A DNA stretch of 63,293 nt, the filler included, from Pelomyxa schiedti (Eukaryota > Protista > Evosea), in NCBI GenBank assembly GCA_020536535.1. It is 3 parts of 3 records of this genome, joined end to end, with 100 filler letters (N's around TTAATTAATTAA, not from the genome) between each part and the next. Parts side by side here need not be neighbours in the genome. Positions count along the whole stretch, not along the records: positions 30,475 to 59,124 come from JAHLWZ010001020.1; positions 59,225 to 63,293 come from JAHLWZ010001647.1; 1 more part is not named here. The stretch is one strand, 5' to 3'. Position 1 is the first letter of the stretch. Every line of letters begins with the position of its first letter. This document shows, piece by piece, positions 50,169 through 63,293 of this stretch. The position numbers and the translations under genes are program-made. The notes under the pieces are model-generated. The model had not been told where the DNA came from. It worked only from the letters and a program-made list of their open reading frames with translations, and made no database searches.

Positions 50169-51798
50169 ATGGACGTGATCAAGCAGTGGGTGCAGTCAGT
50201 GTCCAATGCCACATACAATTATTCCTCCTCTAGCTACGATTCGCAGAATCTCATTGGACCCCCGCGCATTTATCCCAGCGTATTTTTTCCGAATTAAAAA
50301 AAAAAAAAAAAACAAACAAACCAAAACCACTCACGTGAACGTATGTGTCACTGACAGTGTCGTTGTCAACTAACTTTTTTTTTTTCCTCCCATTAAGTAT
50401 GGAGCAAATACGGGGGGTTGGCTTGTCACAACCGGAAACCACTCAGTGGAAGTGAAATATGCCAAGTCTGTCAGTGTAACAGAGGTATGCTCTATCTTCT
50501 TCTAAGAAATTAGTTGATTATGGTGTAGATAAATGTTTACGAGGTGCATTTGTGTGGAGCTATTCTTTCCATAAAAGGAAAAGATCCGGTAATTTCATTG
50601 TTAGTTGTCCATTAAATTCATTCTTGAGTGAAGGACCTTGGATGGGTATCTCTCGTCAGTCGCACCGAGACTGAAACAGGCCTTCCTTCATCAAGTAGGA
50701 TATGGTCACCTAAAATTACGGCAGTACGGGATCCAGTTCCCCATTTTACTACTAAAACTACAAATAAGGAATGTTTTACGGACACCCTGAAGATAGAACT
50801 TGTTGGAAACTCCTCAGTATGTTATCTCTTTTATACTGTGAGTAATGTTTGCTCCACTAGTGGGTACAAATTGATGCTATTGAACTTGTTGGTGTGATAC
50901 ATCAAAAGTTTTTGGTGAAAACTCACAATTAATATTTAAAGGTGAACCCTTTGAAGCTCTCAAGCCCCCCATGATAAATGCCATGACTGTACTTTTTAAC
51001 AAGGTAGTTACCACTTGTTTCCCAGATGTTCACTGATAATTTATTGAGCTCACTTCTGATCCCCATCTAAAACTTGCTGAAGATGATTTGGTTTCCTTCA
51101 ACGATTTACTTGGCTCTAAAAGTGACACTGATCCCCTCCTTTTTATCCTTCTGTATAAACTCAAGTCTCCAAAAGGCAAATTTACTCTTTCAGCATCTCC
51201 CATGTAAAAACCCAAATTTTAAGCATAAGAATCCTCAGAAAGAAGCAGCAGGGACCTAATTTTTGTTTTTTTAGGATCTTTTGAAATTGACAAGGCAAGC
51301 TTCGTTACAACTTTCGGTAAATACAAGGCCACTTCAATACCAAAAATGAAAGAAGTAGCCGAAAATTGGCGCAAAAGAGTATGCAACAGTATACAGTGAA
51401 AGTACTAACTCAGCATCCACAGGCGATGGGTGAAGAGTTCAGACGATTTTGTGAGTTTTTATTTGACTATCAATGTGGTGAAAGGAGAAAATCCCTCCCT
51501 GCATCAGAAGCAAGTATGGCCTGGATTGTTGTTGGTAAGAAAACTACATTACGAAAACTAAAAACATAATTAACCACCAAAAGGTCTCCAAGAAAAGTGG
51601 CCGCTTTGGGGTAAATGGGGTGAGTTCCTGAGCCAACCCAAGTTCGAAAAGCTGTTCATAACAAGGGACACGTGGCTTGAGGTTATACCTTGCAGCCAAG
51701 CCTTCAACCCCAAAAATCCCTATGATGAGGCTGGGAACTGGCCCGTTCTCTTTGATGAATTTGTTGAGTGGCTAAATGAAAACCCTTCTTCCTCTTAA
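50169..51798 (+). CDS. DCN1-like (cullin neddylation, PONY) protein with N-terminal FBXL4/pappalysin-like beta-sandwich
   Basis: N-terminal KQWVQSVS..SYDSQNLIGPPRIYPSYG..INVYEV; C-terminal FRRFCEFLFDY..KSL..ITRDTW..YDEAGNWPVLFDEFVEW. Confidence 0.8.
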
Positions 51799-51919
51799 TG
51801 GGTATTCACCCAAAAGGAAAAAGAAAAGAAAAACCCAAGCACTGTGGAAGCTGGGAAGTATTTTTTTTGGGATGTTTTGTCCTCAAGGTTGTTTAGAGTG
51901 AAGTGTTGGGGGGAGACTT

Positions 51920-54637
51920 TTAGTATGCACAAACTGTTTTCAAGTGAGCAGCTAAACCGTTGGATCCTTTCACAACACACCCAGTTTCAAGAATAACCAA
52001 GCCTTGGCTCCAGCCGGGATGACAGCGTAGGTCGTCTATTACACTTTGGGTGCCCCAGTAGGGGTGTTCTATGACCGGTCCTCGAAGTCCATGTCCAAGT
52101 GTGGCACATAGACTATCCCCAACAATAACACCAAAGCTAGAAGTATCACTCTCAATAACGAAGCTGTACACGGCATCACAGGGTAGCATCTGCGGCGCGG
52201 CAAGCTTGGCCGGGAACACCCAGAGCCCAGAGTGTACAACGGGGTGCCACGGTGTGATGTAAAGCTTTCCTTGAGAAAGCGAAACGAGGTGAGCTTCACG
52301 GTTGGCACACATAGTCTTCACAACGCAAGTCACGTGCTTAGGTTCGCCTGAGGTTGCCACAAGATCACCACACTTCACTGCCGAGACATGTTTACTTGTA
52401 CCATCAGCCATCCGCACTAGGCACCACCCTGCAAAGCAAGGATTGCTTGAGCAATTGTATGTTGTCATATCCCAGGTTGAATAGTACGATGCAGGGGCAG
52501 TAGTTGAGGCAGTAGAAGATGCTCTTGCTGCATGAGACGATGTAGAAGCAGATGTACTTGCTGGTGTAGCATTTTTTTTGGGTCGTGGAACAGGTGGTGG
52601 AAGTCGACAAAAAATTCCATCCGCTATATCTCTCATCTCTGTAAAGAGTGGGCCACCATAAACTTGTATACCCACATCCTTAAAATTGCTACACTGCTGC
52701 AGTAAGTGTGCACGTGCAAGAGCAGGGAGGTAATGGGCACCCCATCTGTCGTAATAGTCTTTCCGTGATATTGCTTCCATTCCCTGACCTTCAATATCCT
52801 CCAGCAATAGTGCTAGCTTTTCATCATTGCTGTCAGCCAATGTTGCACGAGCAGCATCAGCAACACGTCGTAGGAGGGTGACTGCTTTGGCCAGAAGTGA
52901 TGTTTCACTTCCCCGTTGCATTGATTGCACAATTTCCCTGGCCGCATCCACAAAAGATAGCCTATGATAAGTAAAACTGATGTCTCCTCCGTTTTCAGTT
53001 ACTGCTCCTTCTCCAATAAGGTCAACAGCAGGGCTGTTGGGTGGTGTATCAATAGGGGAATAGGAGAGCTTTGCAGCAATACAAGGACCCTCATATGGTG
53101 CGTTTTCCAATTTAACCATGATGTCTTTGGTTTGATCAAACTGAAGGGTTCCAAGTTTTACCGAAATTCCAGATCCAGGAATTGTCTGGACTGTGTGACC
53201 ACCCAGAACTGCGCTTTTTGTGGCAAATCGTGCGCCATTGAGAGGTGTAAGTAATAAAGATACATTTGAAGCATATGTGGCCATTAGATTTGCTATGCTG
53301 TTCACAAAAGCTGTGCCTACAAAACTACAGTCCGGAATGAACGAATAGATGCCTACCCATAAATCAAAAAATGTATTGCATGCGGAAAGGCAAACCATTT
53401 CCTTCCACAGAAAGATCATAGAGCAGTTTGCTGTCTATTGCATAACCAAACCCAAATGTGTTAATTAAACCAATGGATCCATTCTGCTGCTTGTAACGCT
53501 GCAGCATGGGAAGATGTCCTCTTGGAGGCACAATATTAGGGAGGCCATCGGTCAGGAGTAAAACTGACTGAAGCCTTGGGAAGGTCACAACCGAAAAGCA
53601 AACAAGAGGTAGGAAGACCTTGACCCAAGTTTATTACTTCTCAATATATCGAGTCCCTTTTATTTTGAGTGAAAGCTAAGAGAAATAGTGCTGATACAGT
53701 TGAAAGGCCGTCCCATAGATTTGTAGCACCATCAGCAACCAAACCTTCAAGGGCGGCAGTCACCTTTGTAACTCCTGCAGTACCCATTGCCACAAGTGGT
53801 AACTCGATTTTTGCAGTATATGAGTATGATACAATGGCAAGCCTATCTTCAACAGACAGGGTGTTGGCAATAGTACGAACAGCGTGCATCACTATATCTA
53901 AAATGGAGAGGCCATGGCTTTCTATGTCCCCGGATTGATTATGCACAGTAGCCTCTTCATTCATAGAACCTAAGTGGAGTGAATATAGGCTACAAGAAGA
54001 GACAAAACAACCTGAAACGTCAATAACACAACAAATGTCGAGAGAGGGCCTAGTGTTGCCGGAGGGAGGTTTAATCGCTATATAAGCATTACCAATCTTG
54101 TCTCTGGACACCTTCATGCTTGTACCTAGGGCTCATTACAAGAAATGATACGGAAAAAGGATTATTACCATCTCTGGAAGTTACTAAAACTTTTTTGATA
54201 TCAGTAAAGGACAAGGGAGGGCATGGAAACAAAACCATACCAGGTTGCGCTTCTGCAGAACTCGAGGTTGCAGTACATGTTGGGGTAGGTATTGAAGTGG
54301 TAGGTGTGGAGGCAGTTGGAGTCGGCAAGGAAGGTTCGGCAGTCTTGGTTGGATTAGGCATTATTGCATCCAGACGTGCCATAGCTGCTTTATGAGAGTG
54401 AATCGCGTCATCTCAAGCCCTGTTCGGCACTAGATCTTTGAGTGCCAAAGGTGCCCTCGTTACAGGAGAAGTGGGTCCGCCTTTTGTCAACCACTCAACG
54501 ATGGCACTCTTTTCATAAGTGTTGCCCTCGGGGTCAATAACAGGTTCGCGCATAACGTCCCCAGTAAGGGGACACAAAAAGCTCTCAGGAATGGGGTCTC
54601 CATGAGTAGGAGATGATTCAGATCTATCCACCATCAC
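51920..54637 (-). CDS. U-box + vWA + Vwaint + Hint/Vint protein
   Basis: U-box IPESFLCPLTGDVMREPV..TYEKSAI..SPVTR; vWA MIDAS DVSGSM, LLLTDG, INTFGFG; Vwaint WGAHYLPALARAHLLQQCSNFKD; Hint CFAG..MADG, ITPWHP, CATLGHG, HPYWG. Confidence 0.92.
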
Positions 54638-54998
54638 GACAATACACTGCGGGACGCCGAAAAACCACCGCGGTGTACTAACGGTTTCTTTTTTTAAAAT
54701 AACTCGAAAAAATCGAGTCCAAAGATCTCGTGATTTCTGTCAAACGCGGCAGGGAAATGCCATCCTGCCAACGAATAATTCGAGTGTCAAAATAAGCGCA
54801 TTGCCTGCGTGTCTGGGATCTTTTCCAGAGGCATCGCTAGATCCTGTCAATGCATTATTTGTTAAAAAAAAACGACGTCAAGTGGACATTCGCATTCTCG
54901 AAAACGCCCGGGCGTTTATCTTCTCAAATCTTCGAAAGTTCCGCCTTGTGCAAAGCTGCATACAAAGAAAAAAACCAGGAGCACATCAGAAAGGGCAC

Positions 54999-56632
54999 AT
55001 GGGTTTTCGTGGTGGTTTCTCCCGCTGCACTGTTGTGGCTCTGGTTTCTTTACTCGCATATGCCAATGCTCTTGTTGGCAGTTTCTGGGTGATTACTGAC
55101 ATACATCTCGCCGACGACTACGTTTCCGGCACTGACCCTACTTCATTTTGCACAAATGGCACTGGGGCTGCTGGAAAGTATGCCAGCACAACAATTATCG
55201 CTTTACCTCTTGCTCATTTTTTTGGTGTCAAGGTATGGGTACTTTAATTGTGACTCTCCTGAATACACCCTTTTACCGAGTGCATTGTCTTTCATGAAGC
55301 AAGTGCCATCTGATTTTCTGTTGTGGCTGGGAGACAGCCCAACCACCTACCATGGTTACATTGCTTTCCAGCAGCTGTTATTTTCTGATTTTGATTGTAG
55401 AACATCCAGCCGGGGTGGAAAACTCTGATATGATTTGGAATAACATCCGCGAAGTAGTGAGTGATCTCTCTACGGGGCTCCCCGATATGGACGTCTACCC
55501 AACGCTGGGAAACCACGATGCCTATCCCAAGGACCGTGTCAAACCACCACCAAACGATGAGGTAATTCCTGAAAACCCATCAATTTGACTCCTCATTCTG
55601 TATAGTACTACTCTCAGTTTGTCTCTTTGTGGAAACACTGGTTACCAGCGGCCGCAATTGACACTGTGGGTTATTCTGGGTATTATACCGCAGTTCTTAC
55701 CCCTGGTTTCCGTGTCATATCCTTGAATACTCTCTACTGCGACCCTGCTAATGTCTACGCCATGTTGAATCAGAGTGATCATGTTGGCCTTCTTTTAGTC
55801 CTTTATATCAACACCTGACTTCTGGCAGGGAGGGCAGTGGCAATGGGTGGGAGATACCTTGAAAAGTGCTAGAGCCAATAACGAAAAGGTTTCTACACGT
55901 TAATATTGTCAAAACACTGATTAAATCTCAGGTGTTGCTCATTGGGCACATACCACTTGGCATTCTGGATATAGAGCCGGTGCCTATGTGGGCTGATGTT
56001 TGCATGGAACACTATAACAACCTTACGCAAGAGTATCACGATATCATAGCTGGCCAATTTTTCGGTCATCTGTGCGTACTTTTTTTGCACTCTGCATCCA
56101 GTTGATTTCCCGAAGGCATTATGACACCTGGAGGATCATAAGAGAGGAGAGCGGCAAACCAATCAACACAGCATATTTGGTACCAGGTTTTACCCCCCGT
56201 GCCGCTAGTTCCAGTGTTTTAGCCCCCAATACACCCGGGAAAAATCCAGCTATTCGGCTTTACCACTATGACACAACTGTATATAATCAAATGTTCAGTA
56301 AGTCCTTCTAACACCTTTAGACCTTCGAGCTGCTGGACTATGATCAATATTACACGGACTTGCTTGCCGGCAACGCTGCAGGTGAGCTCACATGGGAAAT
56401 TGAGTACTCTGCAGTGAAGTATTATGGCCTCAGAGACTTATCCCCGGCCTCCATGGATGAGCTTTCAGCTCGTCTCCTGACAGAGGATGCCACCTGGGAG
56501 CAATTCTTCAATGTCTGGTTCGTTGGCAGAATCTTTGAAGGATGCAACACGAACTGCAGACTTCGTGAGGCCTGTGCAACTGCCCATGTGGAACTTAGGC
56601 AATTCCTGGATTGCACTGGTGCTCTCTCGTAA
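54999..56632 (+). CDS. Acid sphingomyelinase-like phosphodiesterase (SMPDL3-like), secreted
   Basis: Hydrophobic signal; TDIH, YGYFNCDSP, WLGDS, LGNHDAYP, IGHIP, FFGH.HYD, NPAIRLY. Confidence 0.9.
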
Positions 56633-56846
56633 TCCAACACAGGGAGTGACGCGGGAAGTTGTGGTGGGATGTTTAATTATTTTTAAATTTTGTAACAACA
56701 AACAAAACTTATTTTTTTCCAGAAATCTTCTTTTTTGGTGCTTTCTCAACACAGCAAATGTGTGGAAGGGGGTAATCCTACTGGATTTTGTGTGAGAAAG
56801 AAGAAGCATCATTACACTGGGCATACATGACACACGTCGCTTGAAG

Positions 56847-57617
56847 TTATAGAATTTTATAAGCACGAAGATGCAAAAGGCCTATGGAAATATTGGCGAG
56901 AAGTAAGAAGAGTAAGTGGTAAACCTGAACGAGAATACAAACTGCACAAGTGAGAGATCCAGGGATTCCCCATAAGGAGTAGTAATTTACAAGTGCAATG
57001 ATTTGACACGAGAGATCTACAGTAAGCCAAATAGCCAACTAAGAGGTCAGTGAATGAAAGATCAAAGGGGTGCGGAAAATTGGGATAGCATGGATACAAC
57101 CACCAGAATTGCCCAAACTTTTGCTTTTATCTCAGCTATCCACACAAATGCCCCAACCACGGGTGCAATAGTAATGAGGAATGCAAGGGTCCTAAATATT
57201 ACGGAATAGATCCAGTACAACTGGAGAGATCTCTCAGACAACATAGCAAATAAAGCAAGTTGGGAGGAAAAAAGTGAGGTACCGTTGCATCGATAATAAT
57301 AAGCCTAAATAAAAACCTATACTTTATCATCCACACAGCATCGTCCGAAACTGGCAAAGTTCTTGCCGGTTCAACAGGCACCCCAGTTGCTCTGGTGGTC
57401 TCTTGAGTGTCATACAAATCCAAATCAAATCCAATAGGAAACCCAGGGTTCTGTATGAAAAAAAAAAACAAAAAAAAGGAGTGTAAGAGGAGAAAAAGAA
57501 CCTCCACCTCGGCAGTGGATAGAATAGAAACAACAATTTTGGGCACACCATAGGAGGTTGGTTGGAGATTCCAGCGTCGGACGCCGCTTCTTCGGCTGCC
57601 GCCGCAATGCTCGTCAT
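56847..57617 (-). CDS. Small multi-pass membrane protein (multi-exon)
   Basis: Several hydrophobic segments (FRTLAFLITIAPVVGAFVWI; IPGSLTCAVCIL). Confidence 0.5.
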
Positions 57618-57897
57618 TTTATTTCCGAGATTGATTGTGTGATTTCTTCTCCGAAGAGTCACACTCTAAGTGGAATCAAACTTCCGAACGCACGTTCCGT
57701 ACAAGATTCTTAGGAACACTTAGCATCCTTCTCCCACACCAACCAAACACCACAACGAACCCCTGTTATAGTATCGCACACCGGCCAGAGGGAGAACGAA
57801 GATAAGTTTAGAGAGATTGTTTTATTACATAGTTCCCACACTGGTGAGAACAATAAAATACATCAGAGGGCAATGGTACTGTGCATGATGGTTCAGG

Positions 57898-58648
<751 letters not shown>

Positions 58649-59124
58649 TCATTTTTTTCTTCTTCAACAAGACCTTCTCAGAAGCAGATACCCACCAGAA
58701 TCACCAAGCACCCAGCCGTTGCACCACTGCTCGCCCACAAAGCAAGGCGGCCATGGCGAAGAATTTGTTGAAGGATCCTTATAGCCACAGATTTCACAGG
58801 AAGGCATCATCGAAAAAATGACTCACAAATGGACAGCTTGACCAGATTTCTTCATGTTTCTTCACTCCACAGACTTCGAAGACTGAATCTGAACTGAAGT
58901 CACTATCAGGAGAATTATTACAAACGAGTGCTGAAGAAAACAAACAAGAACTTTTAAACAAAAGAACATGATTTATTATTTTTTCTGTGCCAACAACCAA
59001 GAGACAGCCAAAGCCCCAAAGGACACGGAAAGGAGTGTGTCTCGGCAGGTAAAAAGGGTTTCCTTTTCCCCCCAACTCGATCTGGTCCCACGTTGGCCAA
59101 ACCAGTGGCACAACACGAAACGAG

Positions 59125-59223
59125 NNNNNNNNNNNNNNNNNNNNNNNNNNNNNNNNNNNNNNNNNNNNTTAATTAATTAANNNNNNNNNNNNNNNNNNNN
59201 NNNNNNNNNNNNNNNNNNNNNNN
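59125..59223. other. Gap with artificial TTAATTAATTAA spacer
   Basis: N run with central spacer. Confidence 0.95.
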
Positions 59224-59226
59224 NGT

Positions 59227-59261
<35 letters not shown>

Positions 59262-62200
59262 GACAGGAGGGGGACGCGGCGGAGGCGGGGGCGGAGGCAG
59301 CGAGTGGAGGTGGGAGCCGACGAGGGCGCAGGTTGGGGATGTCTCCCTGGACCAGCGGGACGTGCACGAGCTGATGTTCGGGAAGGAGCTGTGCGACGAG
59401 CGAGGCGCCCCCCTTGTCGACGTTGTCACACGCCCCTGTGGTTGCTGCTGCTGCCCGGGCCCCTGTGACTTCGACTCTCTTGGGCCTGGCCTCCAGTCTC
59501 AGTCTCCGTACCAGACCCAGACTCAGCCTCGGCCTCGGTGCTTGGGGAGGATGTATGTCCTGTCCGCTACTGCTGCCGTTGTGGACTCCAGAGGCCTGAG
59601 GAAAAGAAATCAATATGGACCTGATGACTTGACTTATGATAAGGTTGGTTGTTGCGAGATTACGCGGAGGCGACAAGGAAATTACATTTCTACTTTTTTT
59701 TGTTTAATTTATTTGCAGTATCCCGAGCTAAGAGAGCTGGTTCCGCGAAGCCATTCCATTGTTTGTGCTGTGGAGAAAGGCAGTGTTAGAGTGGTGGGCA
59801 CCCTCAAAGGAATGCAAAAGTTCACTGGTAAGAAAGATGTTGCTTGTGCCATACCCCTTTGAATGTTACTTACCCACTTTAGGTCTCAATGTAAGTGAGG
59901 AAGATGACAGTACCGGGCCCAACCAACAGACATCCAATCAGATGTGTGACCGCAACAAAATCAAGGCAGCCACTCATTTTCTCGTAACCAACAAGGCAAA
60001 TGGTAAAGCAGCAGTCATATCTGCATTCTATTCTGAGCCATGCCCCAGTGAGGAGCAGCTTTCTGACTCTGTTTCCACGTTACCTCAAGCTAAGAGAGGT
60101 GGTTCTCTGTTCTTCATTTTGGGTTCCAAGAATGTCCATGTTGTGGTGAAAGCTGATAAACTGCATACTTTGGAGACAGAAGTACACAACCAATTCCACT
60201 ATTTTTTTTAGAACCAAAACCTAAAACAATGCTCATCACCATGCACCCAAGATTCCAGAGAAACTTAGTCTTGTACGGGGAATTGCATCTGTAATCAAGA
60301 GTCACCTACTTCAAGTGAATAAAGACCCTGAAAAGTGGCAAGTACGTCGTGTTATATGCCTTGTTTTCTCCCTTTTCCCAGCAACTTCCAGAATTTGATT
60401 GATCTATTGATTGAAAATACACTATGTGGAGAGTACGAGGATGGTGAACATATTGTACCGCGAGAGGGGCCACCAGGTTGTTTCCTCAGAACTGAGGAGG
60501 GATTGACAGACATTTCATTTCAGATATCAGTTGGTTTGCTGTTGTTCCGAAGCAAGGATCTTGTTCTCTTGACAGGTATTCTGTGTTCAGCCACTTGCGG
60601 AACTTGGGCCTTCCAACTGTGCAGTTCTCTCTGTACCCGATGCCTGAGCTTCAACAACAGTTGGTGAAACTCCGGACCACCCCTCACATTGAAGGTGCTG
60701 TAATTGATTTCTTGTGTTCATCTCCGGCCACTTGTGGGACTACTCCTATAAGTAATTCATACAAACTTCTGGAAATAGTGAAATTCAAAAGTGTTTGGTA
60801 TCGAGTCTACCAAACACCTCAATTCACTCACCACCCTTGAGATAGGTATGTGTTGACCCGATCAGTCAGAGAGTTACTGAAAAATCTTTTCTCTCCACAC
60901 CGAATGGTCTGTCCCTATAATAAAAATCTATTGATTCCTGTTTTTAACTCAAAATTAAGGCCTTCTCAACATATTCAAAAGAACAAATTGTTGAAGAGGT
61001 TATGAGCAGGATTTCCCAAACACTGGCAGTTAGATCAACCGATTTCCTTCATTTATCAAATGAAACTCTTGATTCATATAATGCACTTTATCATAAATTC
61101 GTTACCTGGTTTGTTGACAAGGGTCTTACTGGATATGATTTAACAAATGGCATGGCCCGACATTGGTCCAATTTTTTGAAGGTTTCCTTATCCTTCATTT
61201 TTCTCTGTTATGTATAATTTTTTTTTTTTTGAACAAAAAAGGAAACTGGCACCAACGACGTAATAGCAGAAGCGCAGGTTTTCCACTCTTAGTACCAAAC
61301 TACTGACCTGACTCCTGCCTGCCCGTAGATTGACGAAACTAAGATACTGGGAGATCTCAATTCGACATCCAATTCAGCCGCACCAGCTCCTTGTAGGTTA
61401 CTTGTTTTGACACATGGAATACCTGGTATTTCTTTTCTTGGTCCACATTTAAGAATGTGGCAGTGATTCTAAGTACCTCTAAGCTGATGGAAAATCGGTG
61501 CGTTCCAAGTACATATGCCACGAACTGAACAAGCGAGGCTATTCAGCTGTCGTTATTGAACAAGATCACTACAGTGGTGATAGGACACAAACTGTGAGAG
61601 CTTTTTCTGAATTGTGCAGTGATTATTCAAACAGAGTAAGATTCCTTTGATTCCATTTCTCTCAATTTTACCAGGTTGTAATATTATCCCGCTGTAACAG
61701 TTGTCCACAACAGTATAATACCTATAAGGGTTTGTGCATCTGCGGTTTCCTCCACCTGAAGTTTTCAATAAGATATTGCCAAATCAGAAGGAATGAATAT
61801 ACTTGGGCTGGCCCCTTCTGATGTAACATCAATCCAACAAGTCCTCGTAAGCATTGGGAGCATCATTACAAGGCAGAATCATCCTACCATGACAGAAAAA
61901 GATCCTGAATCACTAGCAACGTATGTGGTATTTCTTCTCTTCGGCACACCAACACTGTGCAGGTACATAATGGCAATGCTTTCATTTCACGCTACTTTCC
62001 AAATACCAACTATTGGGGCGGATGTGGATTTCTTGCATTCATTTCGATTGCTGACTGAGTATGAAGCAGAACCTAGTATTATTCAATTCCTGGAAAGTTA
62101 TTCCCAAAGAGTGAAAGAAAATCCTTTCAATTGCGAGCCAGTATCTTTGGAGGAGATACTTTCTGTTTTAAGTGTGTTTACCAACTTGATACAATTCAAT

Positions 62201-63022
62201 TCAATTCTCACCTGTGGAGTGCTGTTTTAGAGTCCACTGATTTCAACCATCTTCGGCTTCCCCTAGAAGAAGTTTGCCCGCCTCTTGTCAATGTCATTAC
62301 GAAAATTCTAGATACCACCCCACCTAATCTGCCCCAACCCCTTTGTATGTACTATTTCTCTTAAGAGACATATGTAACGTAAATAATACCACAGTCCTGG
62401 CTGTCTTTGTACCATCAGATATCCGACTCCAACTGAAGCAGTTGTGCCTACAGCATTCTACCAATATCGTTGATACCTCGGTACTATCTAATTTCCCCAT
62501 CACCAAAATTCGTACTACATTCCTGTAATTGTCTATCTCCTCTGACGATAAAACAATCACGCCCCCCAAACCCAGGCCATGACTTGGTACGGTGAGCACC
62601 TTACCTTGATACACCGCCGGCAGTCAAATAGCCAGCCCGAAGTGTGGCACCAAGCCATGCACCACATGGCCAACAGAACCCCAGCCACAGTGACAATCAC
62701 GGGACTTGTTGTTGACCCCTCAGCCGGTGCTGTGGCAGCCACCGTGGAAGTTTCTATAGACGGCAGGGATGCATCCTACCTTGTTGCCAGTGGAATTCCG
62801 CACATCACAGGGTGTGTACTAGCTAGTTGCATAGAACTTTCCTCGTTTTTCTATCCGTCTACACAACTCACTTGGGTGTTTTTGAATGGCAGGTTTCTTT
62901 GTAACACCAAGAAGCCTATGGAAATGGTAGAAATTGTGAGGAAAGCAGCACCAAATACGCGAATCAATTTGGACACCAAATGCCTCCAGTGGACGACCCA
63001 CATCGCAGCTTCCCAATGTTGA
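59224..63022 (+). CDS. Trl1-like trifunctional RNA ligase (adenylyltransferase + polynucleotide kinase + 2H cyclic phosphodiesterase); 5' end lost in gap
   Basis: Ligase motifs KANG, GSKN, TLCGEY, EGAVI, VKFKSVWYR; spliced P-loop GIPADGKS; 2H motifs HLT and HIT. Confidence 0.8.
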
Positions 63023-63079
63023 AAAGGCAAGTGTTTTCATCACACAAAAAAAATGAAACATTTACATATCTGGAGCCCA

Positions 63080-63182
63080 GGGGCGGTCATTTTACATAGA
63101 GGAAAAACCACATGCTGTCATTTAGGGCGGTCACCTATCATTTCCTGTGTAAAATGACCGCCCCGGGGCGGTCATTTTACAC
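63080..63182. repeat. Cluster of GGGGCGGTCATTTTACA motifs forming inverted repeats and a 36-bp perfect palindrome
   Basis: Copies at 63080 (+), 63148-63164 (-), 63165 (+), partial at 63125; palindrome 63147-63182. Confidence 0.85.
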
Positions 63183-63293
63183 TTTGCATCCTGCAGTCAA
63201 AAACTCCAACCAGAGGTCCCACAGAGTGTTAAACAGGTTAAAAAAGTGTTTCCCCGCATTTTCCAGGCGTCGGTGCGCATGACAAGGCCCTCA

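Overview
Eukaryotic, gene-dense genomic DNA with many short GT-AG introns, so the ORF track fragments most genes; I reassembled exons by eye. Gene content and the expanded 'HPRCG..SP' family suggest an amoebozoan protist, probably Pelomyxa-like (inference, not checked). The left half (1-30.4 kb) is an accessory, duplication-rich region. It holds seven intact paralogues plus relics of one uncharacterised family, an ankyrin-kinase, a Roco (LRR-Roc-COR-pseudokinase), a DOCK GEF whose catalytic end is replaced in frame by a Roco-type pseudokinase, and a protein with an unrecognised N-terminus ending in a Hint/Vint autoprocessing domain. The right half holds mostly conserved genes: CDK10/11-like, CCT8, MOB1-like, nitrilase, serpin, F-box/Kelch, DCN1-like, U-box-vWA-Vint, SMPDL3-like, ARF1 and a Trl1-like RNA ligase. 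The most unusual item is a spliced gene model at about 35.2-39.0 kb that joins an AbfB-like beta-trefoil, a degenerate PIMT/PCMTD methyltransferase fold and a sterile-alpha-motif to a complete Cys-less pentameric ligand-gated ion channel subunit. There are three assembly gaps, two carrying an artificial TTAATTAATTAA spacer.
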